DNA from: the human T2T-CHM13v2.0 reference genome, Homo sapiens
NCBI RefSeq assembly: GCF_009914755.1
Contig: NC_060946.1
Length of the DNA stretch: 64,000 nt
Reading direction: 5' to 3' (one strand)
The notes under the pieces were generated by a model. That model saw only the letters and a list, made by a program, of their open reading frames with translations. It did not search any database and had not been told where the DNA came from. Below, piece after piece: positions 1 to 17,789 of this stretch. A program made the translations under genes and the position numbers. The number at the start of each line of letters is the position of its first letter. Positions within the stretch are counted from its first letter, which is position 1.

Positions 1-51
1 GGATCATCCAGCAGCCTTTGATATACCAGAATGCAGCTACTAGCTTTCAAG
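1..51 (+). CDS. SREBF2: SREBP-2 exon 2, 3' part (…RIIQQPLIYQNAATSFQ)
   Basis: Translation matches SREBP-2; donor AG|gtgatt at 52; phase 1 joins exon 3 (G+TC=Val). Confidence 0.95.
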
Positions 52-246
52 GTGATTCAGAAGTTAGAATGGTAGTGGTTGGTTGGTTCCAATGTTTATG
101 TGCCAGTTTGCAGACACTGTAAATATTTCTGTCGTCTTCAGGAATGGCAGGTATATCAATATGGTCCTGTCTGAATGAGGTTCTGGTAACTGGCAATAAG
201 AACTGGTACAGGAGCATGTCACATTCTGCAGCTTCAAATACCTTAA

Positions 247-595
<349 letters not shown>

Positions 596-1381
596 TCCAG
601 CAAGCATAGTAGACACAGGGCCATTCTGATAACTAGTGGTGGAGACTTGAATAAGGCTTGAAATTGGCTAGGCGGCAGCCAGATCTCAGCTGCCACAGTT
701 GAGAACTATTCATTCAGCAAACATCTGAGCATCCACTATGGTGATGAATATGACTTTTAATATAGGTGCAGCAGCTTCAAGTAGCAAGCCTCATGCTGGG
801 CCCTTAGTATGTGTTGAGGGAATGGATGACTGAAAGGGGCCTGTTCTTTCTGTGATGTGCTGCATCCCAGTGCCTTTTCATCATATTTCCCTCTGACTCT
901 GTGGGGAGCCCAGGGTAAGATTAGTATTGCTTTGAATTTCAAAGAATCTTATAGTTCTTCAATGGAGTTCAAGAATTGGGACAGGTGGGGGAATGTAAAG
1001 GCAAAAAGCTGAGACAGTCCTCCCAAAGTGCACTTTCCGTCCAGAAAGGATGGAAGAAAATGAAGCCCCAGGGAGTTGTTGATTCTCAACATCTGTTAAC
1101 TCCCTTGCTGGGTGCAGTCATTTGCTGATTAGCTTCCCTTTCCCCCACCCTGGCACCCAGAGTAATAAAACAATTTGTACTCGTTCCCTCAGAAATTGAT
1201 GCAGCCCTTATGGGATGTTCTTGTTGTCTAAGCCACCTTGTAAATGGCTGTGCACATCATCTTCAGCAGTAGGTGGGGAGTTGGAATCATTATGAGATAC
1301 TCCATCCTCAGGTTTCTGCTGCAGCTGCAGTGACAGAATGCATTCCTCATCTCTGTGCCTTCTTTCTCCTCTTCTCCCAAG

Positions 1382-1563
1382 TCCTTCAGCCTCAAGTCCA
1401 AAGCCTGGTGACATCCTCCCAGGTACAGCCGGTCACCATTCAGCAGCAGGTGCAGACAGTACAGGCCCAGCGGGTGCTGACACAAACGGCCAATGGCACG
1501 CTGCAGACCCTTGCCCCGGCTACGGTGCAGACAGTTGCTGCGCCACAGGTGCAGCAGGTCCCG
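1382..1563 (+). CDS. SREBF2: SREBP-2 exon 3 (Gln-rich region)
   Basis: VLQPQVQSLVTSSQ…VQQVP; acceptor cccaag|, donor |gtaagt; 182 nt. Confidence 0.97.
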
Positions 1564-1867
1564 GTAAGTGGCTGGAAAGGATTCAGGGAGGCACTGGTTG
1601 GGGCTGTTAACTGGTCCTTGGTTGAAGATGTGGTCTACATACTAAGAAGGACCAACCAGAGTGTACACAAAGCAGCTTGTAGGGCGCCAGGATGCACCTG
1701 TGAGCAGCGTATAGTGACCTGGCTGAGTCCATATCTGTAGATAGACACTGGCACTCAGGAAAGGCTGGTGCAGTCACTTACGTACACATGTAATGGGCAT
1801 AAAACTGGAAAGAAATGTGCTAAATTGGTATTTCCCAGATAATTTTCTTTTTCATAGTTTTGTGTTG

Positions 1868-2931
<1,064 letters not shown>

Positions 2932-3119
2932 TATATTTTCTGACTAACAATTTATCTTAAAAAAATCAGGTTTATTATTTTTGCTTCTCAGCCATGTGTC
3001 TGGCTTTCCTGAGTCTTTTCTCTCCTCTCTGCCATCCACCCTACCCATCTCTGCTCTGCTCCTGCTGGGCCACTGGCACCACCCTCTTGAAAGTCTTTCA
3101 ACCTAAAAACCCATGACCT

Positions 3120-3438
<319 letters not shown>

Positions 3439-3665
3439 TCATTAGCTAGCCCCTCTTTCTCCACCTGAACCCGGTATTCAGGCTGTACAAAATAGCCGGC
3501 TTTTGAAATGGCCTCTATGAAATTTCCTGTTCATTTTTTTATTCTCAATTTCATAAAAATTATATCATTTCTCATTCTTTCTTGGAAGGTCTATGCAGTA
3601 AGAAAGGAATGCATAACAGAAGGATAATGCTATCATCCTTTTACTTTTCTTCCTTCTTCATCCAG

Positions 3666-3812
3666 GTCCTGGTCCAGCCTCAGATCATCAAGACAGATTC
3701 CCTTGTTTTGACCACACTGAAGACAGATGGCAGCCCTGTTATGGCTGCGGTCCAGAACCCGGCCCTCACCGCCCTCACCACCCCTATCCAGACGGCTGCC
3801 CTTCAAGTACCA
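3666..3812 (+). CDS. SREBF2: SREBP-2 exon 4
   Basis: VLVQPQIIKTD…ALQVP; ccag| and |gtaaga; 147 nt. Confidence 0.97.
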
Positions 3813-4244
3813 GTAAGAGCTGCCTTCTCCCCCACCCTCCTCCCTCCCCCTTTATTCCTGGAGGTGTTAGTCTTCAGAGATGTTAAATCTCTATATGCTG
3901 AGTAGGTATGGGAGGGTCTATAGCACAAATCAGTCAAATTGTAAATGTCACCCCTCTTAGTTGTTTTTCGCTCGAAAAAGTATTAGCAATGTGTGTTCGA
4001 TGTGGGAGTACTGGAGTCTACAAGGAGGTAGAAAAGAATAGCAGAAGGACCCTCTATTCTTGGCTAATAGCTCCACACAAGACCATTCACCTCTTAGATC
4101 CTGCTGATGACTTCTGAAGGACCCTAGGGCCACCAGGCAGGGAAGGGCTCCAAGGTGAAGAACATGGAAGGTACCCCATCCTTCAGTTGTAGGTTCTTAG
4201 CCACTTTCAGCATCCTATAGCATGAGAATCTGATAGAGTAAATG

Positions 4245-5295
<1,051 letters not shown>

Positions 5296-5385
5296 ATTGG
5301 CAACTAATGAAATTGGGCACCTTTTTATTTATTTATTGGCTGATTAGATATTGAGGCCATTATTTAAGAAATTAAACTAAAATTG

Positions 5386-6001
<616 letters not shown>

Positions 6002-6574
6002 GTTAGAAAAAATAAGAGGAGAAAACAGAGATGAAGAATAAAAAGGGGAGACCTCCATGGTTGGCCTATTTACTTAATCAAATGGCTCTTATTGAGAGTG
6101 TCACTTCTGCCCTTGAGCTTTTTGATGGCAAAATTGTATAAAGAAATGCAGTAATTTGCTTAATTGTCATTTGAGAGGAAAAAATGTGTCATACACTAGG
6201 AGAAAGTTTTCTCTGGTGCCAACTCGTGGTTCACCGTGTACAACTTTAGAAGTGGTTAACAGTTTGACAGCAAAGCAGAAATCATATGACTTGTTTCTGG
6301 CATACGTAGATCAAAACTTAAAACATATTTAGCCATGTTAATCCTCTTGTGGTGTAGTTTATCAGCAGTGATTCTTGAAGGGAGGTAGTAACCAAGGTTC
6401 CGTGGCTCCTGAGACTTCTTGGGGCCTGATTTGATTAACCCAGGAAGAGTCTCAGACCTCATGAAGTACTGCCAGGTCTGGCAGCACTTGGCCAAAGCGG
6501 GCAGGTCTGTGTTGAGGTTGCTTTATGCAGACTAACAAAGGGATCATTCTGCTGTGTACCTGTCCCTATTCTAG

Positions 6575-6796
6575 ACCCTGGTGGGCAGCAGTGGGACCAT
6601 TCTGACCACAATGCCTGTAATGATGGGGCAAGAGAAAGTGCCCATTAAGCAGGTACCTGGGGGAGTCAAGCAGCTTGAGCCCCCCAAAGAAGGAGAAAGG
6701 CGGACAACCCATAATATCATTGAGAAACGATATCGCTCCTCCATCAATGACAAAATCATCGAATTGAAAGACCTGGTCATGGGGACAGACGCCAAG
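6575..6796 (+). CDS. SREBF2: SREBP-2 exon 5 (basic region and helix 1 of bHLH-Zip)
   Basis: [20 protein letters not shown] with the SREBP-specific Tyr in the basic region; ctag| and |gtgggt; 222 nt. Confidence 0.98.
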
Positions 6797-7401
6797 GTGG
6801 GTGCCAAGCAAAATTGTGTTTTATGTTCCACCATCTCCCCTCTACCTGTTTTTGCCTCAGGAGCCTAGAGAAGTCCCAGGCTCAAGGTAAGTGAATACAA
6901 GACCGAGTTAGAGGTGCTTTTTTATTAAAGCATCTTGGTGTCATGTCAAGATTATAAAATATTAAAAAACATAAGGGACTGGTGAGGGTTGATAAGGCAG
7001 TGACCCGCTGAGACCTTTGACTCCTTTGGCTATGCTCTGCAGTGATGGGGACTCCACTGTCAGAGGCAGAGAAAGATGCCTGCCACTCAGTAGTTCCAGA
7101 TACAGGACTGTGTGTACCTTGGAGTCAGCTGATGGCATAGTTTTAGCTGTGTTTAGGGGTTACCTTTTAAGGAAAAGAAAGAAAAAAGAGGTTGAGTCTT
7201 TGACCAGCAACACATAGAGGAAACTGATGTTCCAAATGTTTCTGGTGTTTCAGTGTATGTGTCTTCTAGAAAGTAGGAGATTTTATTTTTAAAACCTATC
7301 TATGTTTAAACCCTATTTTGAAAGAAAATTTCATTTTCCTTGCCTACAAATCTGAAAGCTGTACATCCTAAGTAAAAATCTATGCCTTAAGATAACTGTC
7401 C

Positions 7402-7760
<359 letters not shown>

Positions 7761-7789
7761 TTATGGTGCTAGGATTATTATAAGAAGTG

Positions 7790-8020
7790 GGAACAATAGC
7801 TAATATTTATTGAGTGTCAACTATTTGCCAGGCTCAGGGCTAAGCCCTTTACACTCATTATCTCATTTAGCCCTGCTGCAAGCCTGTGATTCACGCGCTT
7901 TCATTATCTCTGTGCTAATGAGGAGGAAAGTGAGGTTCTGAGGTATGGAATAACTTCTCCCGAGTGGCACAGCTAATCATTGGGAGGACCAGCATCTGAA
8001 CTTGGTTTCTCCTCTCACAG
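7790..8020. mobile_element. MIR element
   Basis: atttattgagtgtcaactat…atgaggaggaaagtgaggttc MIR-core-like text. Confidence 0.6.
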
Positions 8021-8113
8021 AGCCATGCTGTCATCCCAAGTGCTAGGGCTCTGCTCTTTTCACACTGTAGCCTGCACTGGTCTCACTGTGTTTTCACTCA
8101 TCTTCCTACCCAG

Positions 8114-8228
8114 ATGCACAAGTCTGGCGTTCTGAGGAAGGCCATTGATTACATCAAATACTTGCAGCAGGTCAATCATAAACTGCGCCAGGAGAACATG
8201 GTGCTGAAGCTGGCAAATCAAAAGAACA
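8114..8228 (+). CDS. SREBF2: SREBP-2 exon 6 (helix 2 and leucine zipper)
   Basis: MHKSGVLRKAIDYIKYLQQVNHKLRQENMVLKLANQKN; ccag| and |gtaagt; 115 nt. Confidence 0.97.
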
Positions 8229-8319
8229 GTAAGTGTGCTGAGAAAAGGCTTGTCAGCCCTGGCCCAGGTGGGGCTTTGTAAAAGCAGATCATTTTCACCA
8301 GGTGGGGTTTTCTTTGCAG

Positions 8320-8501
8320 AGCTTCTAAAGGGCATCGACCTAGGCAGTCTGGTGGACAATGAGGTGGACCTGAAGATCGAGGACTTTAATCAGAATGTCC
8401 TTCTGATGTCCCCCCCAGCCTCTGACTCAGGGTCCCAGGCTGGCTTCTCTCCCTACTCCATTGACTCTGAGCCAGGAAGCCCTCTATTGGATGATGCAAA
8501 G
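8320..8501 (+). CDS. SREBF2: SREBP-2 exon 7 (contains the SPPAS phosphodegron region)
   Basis: LLKGIDLGSLVD…LMSPPASDSGS…LLDDAK; follows a 91-nt intron; donor |gtacag; 182 nt. Confidence 0.97.
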
Positions 8502-9439
8502 GTACAGACTTTTGAAATCTCCTGATCCCTGGAATCTTTCCCATTTCCCCTAAGAAGATAGCTGGGAGGTCACAGTTATGAGGCCAGGCCGCATGTTAAG
8601 AGGGCCTAGCCTGGAGAAAAACAGGAATTCTGTGAAATTAGCCAGGTCCTGGAGAATAAAGAAAGAAAAAACTGACTCCGGGGGGAAACAGTCCCTCAGG
8701 TTTAACTGGTCCTTGCCGATAGGCCCCGTCAGAGAGGAATGAGTGCCAGATCCAGAACGAGAATGCAGAGTAGCTGTTGTGGGGGCGTTGGGAGCTGCTG
8801 GAGGCACCTCATTGCTTCACTCTGCCTTTAATGGGCCTGGCAAGACCACTTTGGGAGGCTGATCAGTTGGTTTAGGATGAGGCTGCCTCTGGGTCCTCTT
8901 TTCAGAAATGATTACAATTTGCAGTCTAACAGATAACATTTTACCTATGGGCCTTTAATCGTCAAAGCCCCTGGCAATGGTAGTTTAATGGAATTACTTA
9001 AGAGACGCTCTGAGCCTAATGATCTTCCTGGGAACCTGTAGAGACCACTGGGTTTTGTACTGTATTTTGACTTCGGCAGTTTCTGACTCTGAAAGCACAA
9101 AGTTCCCTCCTAGTGTTTGTTTTTGACTAAGCTGTTTATTGTATCATATACTTAATTTTACTAAGGAAGCTCCATTTTTGAAATATTCTTATAAATGTGG
9201 TTCTGTTTGGCAACAACAGGCTGTTTGACATATAAATTGAATTAGCTGGGCTTCTGAGTCATCAGAAGAAAATCTTAAATGGTTTTAAAATATTGAAAAG
9301 AAATGACATGCTATATACACATTGGGGCGCAGGGGAGATCTGGCTTCAGCCCTCCTGCTGTAAAATGGAGAGTGGGGTGGGTGTAGACAATGATACAGTT
9401 TTAGAACAGGTAAAATCCTTTAGATAGATTCACACTAAA

Positions 9440-9750
9440 TACGGTCTTTGATCAACTTCATTGAGGTGTAATTTAAATGCAATAAAATATACCTACTTTA
9501 AAAGTACAGTACCAAGAGTTTTAACATAATGTACAGTGCTATGTAACTGTCACTGTAATCAAGATATAGAACATTTCCATCACCCCAAAAAGCTCTTTTG
9601 TACACCTTTGCAGGTAGTTTCCCACACCCCTCTCCAGCCTCAGACAATGACTGATTCATTGGTTTCCTGTTACTTTAGATTCATTTTGCCTGTTCTGGAA
9701 TTATACAGAAACAGAATCATACAGTGTGTTCTCTTTTGTGGTAGATTTCT
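9440..9750 (-). mobile_element. L1M 3' fragment
   Basis: gatatagaacatttccatcaccccaaaaag…ttttgcctgttctggaa is typical antisense L1M text. Confidence 0.65.
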
Positions 9751-10005
9751 ATTTTAAAAGAAAATCTCTTCTACCTTTGTTCTTTGGAACATGTACTTTT
9801 CTCAGTTAGCAAGCAGGTGAATGTGCCAATGTTTGAGCAGCAGTTAGTGAATTATAGGCTTCTCAGTTCCCATCTGGCCTTAGTCCTGAGTTAATCGACT
9901 TGAATTTAAACCTCATAACCATTTCTCAATATATATATATGTATTTATAAAGTGCTGTAAAAACCTATGCAGTATTTATTCCAACCTCGAGGCCTTGTTT
10001 TGAAG

Positions 10006-10198
10006 GTCAAAGATGAGCCAGACTCTCCTCCTGTGGCGCTGGGCATGGTAGACCGCTCACGGATTCTTCTGTGTGTCCTCACCTTCCTGTGCCTCTCCTT
10101 TAACCCCCTGACTTCCCTGCTGCAGTGGGGAGGGGCCCACGACTCTGACCAGCACCCACACTCAGGCTCTGGCCGCAGTGTCCTGTCATTCGAGTCAG
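10006..10198 (+). CDS. SREBF2: SREBP-2 exon 8 (TM1, site-2 and site-1 protease motifs)
   Basis: VKDEPDS…DRSRILLCVLTFLCLSFNPL…RSVLSFES (DRSR, NP and RSVL motifs); 193 nt. Confidence 0.98.
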
Positions 10199-10718
10199 GT
10201 AGGTGGAGGCCCCTTGCCCCACCTGGGCATGGCTGGACCACTATGGCAGGAGAAGGACCCTGTGTACAAACTTCTTGGCTTGGCTACCAGGTCCCAAAGG
10301 GCTTTTATAGTGGGCCCCCACCTGCTTGCTTCTGATAGGGACTGGCATAAGTTCCATTTTAGAAGTAACAAGGCAAGCCCAAGTTCAGTCAGAATGAGCA
10401 AAACAAATCAGGGACCCACACTACTCTAAATACCCTGGGGTGGAGGGGTGGTACCTATTTGAAGGAGGATATCGTGTTTTTTATCTGAGGTTGCAAAACC
10501 AATGCCTCAACCCTTTCAAAACAAAGATTTTTATGGCACTCAGCTCCATAATGAGAAGGGCTACAGTCATTAGCCCTGTTTAGATTATAGAATTATTTGC
10601 CCTTTCTTCTGAAAATGAGGTAGAAGACTCTTTCCTGTGATAGTGCTGGGGTCTGTCAGGTGCCTGGCTGCTCCGCAAGGCCTTTCCTAGCAGACTCTGC
10701 TGAGACGCTCCTTCTTAG

Positions 10719-10900
10719 GTTCTGGGGGCTGGTTTGACTGGATGATGCCTACTCTTCTCTTATGGCTGGTAAATGGTGTGATTGTCCTGAGCGTCTTTGT
10801 GAAGCTGCTGGTTCATGGGGAGCCAGTGATCCGGCCACACTCGCGCTCCTCGGTCACCTTCTGGAGGCACCGGAAACAGGCAGATCTGGATCTCGCCAGA
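10719..10900 (+). CDS. SREBF2: SREBP-2 exon 9 (TM2)
   Basis: [31 protein letters not shown]…LDLAR; ttag| and |gtgagt; 182 nt. Confidence 0.97.
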
Positions 10901-11814
10901 GTGAGTTCTGTGTCCGCCCTTCCCCATCCTCCCCCAGACTTGACAAATAATTCAGCAACTCGTGTCAAAGAAAGTCCTATGATAGATGCTTGTGGTGAGA
11001 GGAAAAAGGGACCCTGCTGCTGAATAGTCACAGGGCAGTGGAGTGGGCGCCTCTGCATAGATAATTAATTCCAGGGACATGAGATGATCTATGTCTCCGG
11101 TATGACAGGAATAATGAAGTTGAGTTCTGAGGGAGGGGTTCTAGGGCTTGAGCGGGGCTGCCAAGAGTAGGAAGGAAGGGCAGAGGTGGCAGAAGGACCT
11201 TCCAACCCGAACACATGAATGGACAGGCTGTTTGGAGACTGGCAGGTTCCAGGGTGTGTTGAGTGTAGGTTATGTCAGAGAGAGTTGAAGGCAAAGGCTG
11301 GTAGTGTGTCTAGGCCCAAATTGGAGAGGGCTTTCACTAGGAACTGATTTGGGGCTTTATTCCCAATTCTCTATAGAACCAGGAAAGGTTTTTGAGCAGG
11401 AAAACTAGCTGAAAGTTTTCATTTGAAATCAACAGGGAGTTTACGGAAAAAAATCTGGGGCAACTCACAGCATTGAGGAAGAGTTAAACATCCACATTTC
11501 AAGAGGAACAAGAACCAGAACACTCCTCAGCAGCAGTGAGCCATGGGCCTGCCCTCCCCACCTCTGCAAGCTGCAGGGCCATTAGTGAGAATCTGATTGG
11601 CCATCCTGGATCTGTCAGCCTTGCTGGGGCTATGGGTCTCAGAATATAGATGTGATTTTGAGAGGCCTGTTCCTTGAGTATAACATCCCAAGATGTATAT
11701 CCTAGAGGCAGGTTCAGGTGTGTGTTTTACAAGCATCATTATGGTGGCTGTGAAGGATAGGTAGGAGGGAGATGTGAAATGCATGGAACATGGCAACAAG
11801 TTAGGGTGCTCTTT

Positions 11815-11936
11815 TTTAAGTAAAGACAAGGTCTCACTGTGTTGCCTGGCTGGTCCTGAACTCCTAGGCTCAAGTGATCCTCTCACCTTGACGTCCCAAA
11901 GTGTTAGGATTACAGGCATGAGCCACCACGCCTGGC
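11815..11936 (-). mobile_element. Alu monomer (FLAM-like)
   Basis: Single antisense Alu arm. Confidence 0.8.
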
Positions 11937-12687
11937 TGAGTCAGGGGGCTCTATGAAATAGACTGAGTAAGAGATGATGGCAAGGACCTGGAATTAAAAG
12001 GAAAGGTTTGAACTGAATAAGTATTTGAAATGTAATATTTGGAAGGGAAGTGATTAGTGACGTTGACTCAAGGATAAGAGAGGCTCCAAGATGGAGTGGA
12101 CTCCATCTAGGCCATGTTGCCTGGAAAAGCTGGAAGAGGCCCCTGTAGAGTGAGCAGTGATTGAGAGGCAGGCCATGGGGACTGAGCAGGGGCGGGGCCA
12201 GAGTGTTTGGGAAGCATGTCTGTCAGCAGAGGGTTCTTAGGGAGAATTGGACTGGGGAGTCAGGAGGGGTAAGAGCCAAAGACTGGGACTTGGGAATAGC
12301 CCATCTTTGAGGGAAAGGCAGGGGAGGAGCCAGGGAACACCTGCCTCCTTTGGAATCTGCAAATGCAGGTCCTTCTGGCTGGAAAGATAGAGGCACCTTA
12401 GAGACTGTTGCTGTGAGGACATCTTTTCTTTTCCCTTGTCCAGTCCTGTAATGATGTGGGAAACAAAGCACAGATAGTGTACCAGCTGCCCAATAGAGGA
12501 AAATAGGAGAATTTACTTTCATTTCCCAAGACTATATAGCCTGTCCTCTAGTTTCCAGCAGTGAGAGAGAGAAAGCGAGCGGTCTCCAGTACAGTGCCGT
12601 AGACTCTCCATTAGACCCTCTCAGGTTGACAAAGATTAGTTCATCTGAATCCTAGAGTAGGGTAGTTTAGCTGTGAGTTTGCCTAAA

Positions 12688-12977
12688 ACCATGGTTCTCA
12701 AACTTCAGCAGGCATGAAGCCGGGTGCTGTGGCTCACACTGAGGTGGGGGGATTGCTTGAGCCCAGGAGTTCAAGACCAGCCTGGGCAACATAGCAAAAC
12801 CCCCATCTCTAAAAATGAAAAGAAACGCTTTAGCAGACATGGCATGAGAATCACCTAGAGGGCTGCAATACCAGAGATTCTGATTCAGTAGCCCTGGGGT
12901 AAGGTCCAAGTGCTTGCATTTCTAACAAGCTCCTAAGAGCTGATGCTACTGGCCTCTGGGGGCCACACTTTGAGACC
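12688..12977. mobile_element. MER5A-like hAT MITE interrupted by an Alu monomer (~12718-12825)
   Basis: ccatggttctcaaactt…gattctgattcagtag…gcatttctaacaagctcc…ccacactttgaga with inverted termini. Confidence 0.75.
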
Positions 12978-13009
12978 CTGAAAGCCTAAAGGATCATGCA
13001 GTTCATCTA

Positions 13010-13255
<246 letters not shown>

Positions 13256-13492
13256 TCAATCGAGTAAAAAGTCTGTAAGGAAATACCTCAGAATGTCAGC
13301 AGGGATTCTTCCTGGGGGATGAGATTATAGGTGGTTTTGTTTTACTTTCTTGTAGCTTTCTGAAGTTTCCCTCGTTTTTATGAGTGTGCACTAATTCCTC
13401 TGATAATTGGGGGCAGGGGGAGTAGAAGTCTATATCAAAACAAAAAGCCGGAGCAAGGCCAGTGACCATTAACACCTTTTGATACTTTGTAG

Positions 13493-13769
13493 GGAGATTT
13501 TGCAGCTGCTGCCGCCAACCTACAAACCTGCCTGGCAGTTTTGGGCCGGGCACTGCCCACCTCCCGCCTGGACCTGGCCTGCAGCCTCTCCTGGAACGTG
13601 ATCCGCTACAGCCTGCAGAAGCTACGCCTGGTGCGCTGGCTGCTCAAGAAAGTCTTCCAGTGCCGGCGGGCCACGCCAGCCACTGAGGCAGGCTTTGAAG
13701 ACGAAGCTAAGACCAGCGCCCGGGATGCGGCTCTGGCCTATCACCGGCTGCACCAGCTGCACATCACAG
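13493..13769 (+). CDS. SREBF2: SREBP-2 exon 10
   Basis: GDFAAAAANLQTC…LHQLHIT; gtag| and |gtgagg; 277 nt. Confidence 0.97.
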
Positions 13770-14119
13770 GTGAGGGGGCAGCTGCTGCTGCCTGGCTTGC
13801 TGCAAGGCATCTCATGCTACCTCTCCTCCTTAGCTTGATTTGCCAGTTCTGCACCCTAGCTGAAGTCCCTTTAACGCTACTCTTTTAGAGTGGCTAGACC
13901 AAGCTTCTACCTGTTTTCACAGCTGTAAGGTTGGCTCTTTGCTTTAGCTCATCAGTTCTCAGATGCACATGTTTTCACAATAACATCACTATACTCAGGA
14001 TGTGTCCTATAAACAGTGGCACATTGTAGATAAGTTGGCAGTGTTTTTCTTTAGTGATACTTAAATTAATGGTGAGACTTAAAATTGCTGACATCTTAGA
14101 GTCAATGAAATATGATCAT

Positions 14120-16130
<2,011 letters not shown>

Positions 16131-16904
16131 CAGGAGATGAGACAGTGGGGCCATTGTGCAGCTTTAATATGTGGGCTCATGGTAGAATTTTAGCAGAAGG
16201 TCCCTATCTGCAAATTTGCCCCGCTGTTATCTTGTCTGTTCCTCAGTGTGCCCTTGGGACAGAATAAGCCCATACTCAGGTCTCTGATCAGGCTGTGTCC
16301 TCCTTGCTGCCAAATTCTGGAGAATTCCAGCTGAGAAGCTTTACGTCACTCATTCCTTCCATACTCACTGGCATTCCCTGTGTGAGGCACTGAGGGGACA
16401 GAGGTAACTACAGTATGGTTGCCACACTGCCCTCTCACCTCCCTTCCTGTGTCTCCTGCAGGAGGAACACCTGAGGCCAGTACAGAATGGAGTGTGGAGG
16501 CTGAGATCTCCCTAGGCTGATAAAAAGACAGGGAGGCAAGGCAGCCCAGGAGGGGGAACACAGGGCTGGATGAGCACGGGAAGCCTGGCTTTGCCACTGT
16601 CTGCACCTTGACATGGGCACTTCCTCCCCTGAGGCAAGGAGACTGCTTGCCCTTGTAGTGAGGACCAAAGCCAGCAACAGTATGAAAGCCTCACGAGAGC
16701 TGTGATGGGCCCTTGTGCCTGTGCAAGGATACTTTGTTCCCTGATTAGGGGATCAGCCCCAGATGGGCCACTGTGCACCTCTCATAGGGGAGGGTGTGGT
16801 AAGCCTTCCTGGCCTCCCACCCACTAACCCAACATGTGGTTCAGCTGTCCTTGCTCAGTTTACGTCACTTCCCCCTCAAACGGGTATGTGTTTGTGTATT
16901 GTGA

Positions 16905-17221
<317 letters not shown>

Positions 17222-17619
17222 TGAAGGTTTTTTAATGAAAATAAATTCAAATCAGTTCATCTAAAAAAAATTTCATTACCTCTGTTGAATGTTTGGAAAC
17301 ACACAGTGTGGCTGTGCTGCTGACATTGTTATGTTGCACTGTGCGCCTCTGAGTCCTATACAACAACCTGCAATTGTGACAGCTCTGGGTGCGACAGAAA
17401 TGGGTGCCATGTTCCCAGCTACCCTGTGAGGTAGACAGGAACACACAGCCAGTATATCACAGAGCCTGGCATCCCATCCTGTGATCAGGCCTGTCTGATC
17501 ACAAAGTTCACCTCGCTTCTCCCCTGGTTCCTCTCTTACTTTGATCGTGCTGGAGAGAGCAGGAAAAAGTTTGGTTTTGGGGCTCCATCAACAATAGTGT
17601 CTGTTTCTGCCCACCCTAG

Positions 17620-17789
17620 GGAAGCTTCCTGCAGGATCCGCCTGTTCCGATGTACACATGGCGTTGTGTGCCGTGAACCTGGCTGAATGTGCAGAGGAGA
17701 AGATCCCACCGAGCACACTGGTTGAGATCCATCTGACTGCTGCCATGGGGCTCAAGACCCGGTGTGGAGGCAAGCTGGGCTTCCTGGCC
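17620..17789 (+). CDS. SREBF2: SREBP-2 exon 11
   Basis: KLPAGSACSDVHMAL…GKLGFLA; ctag| and |gtgagt; 170 nt. Confidence 0.96.
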
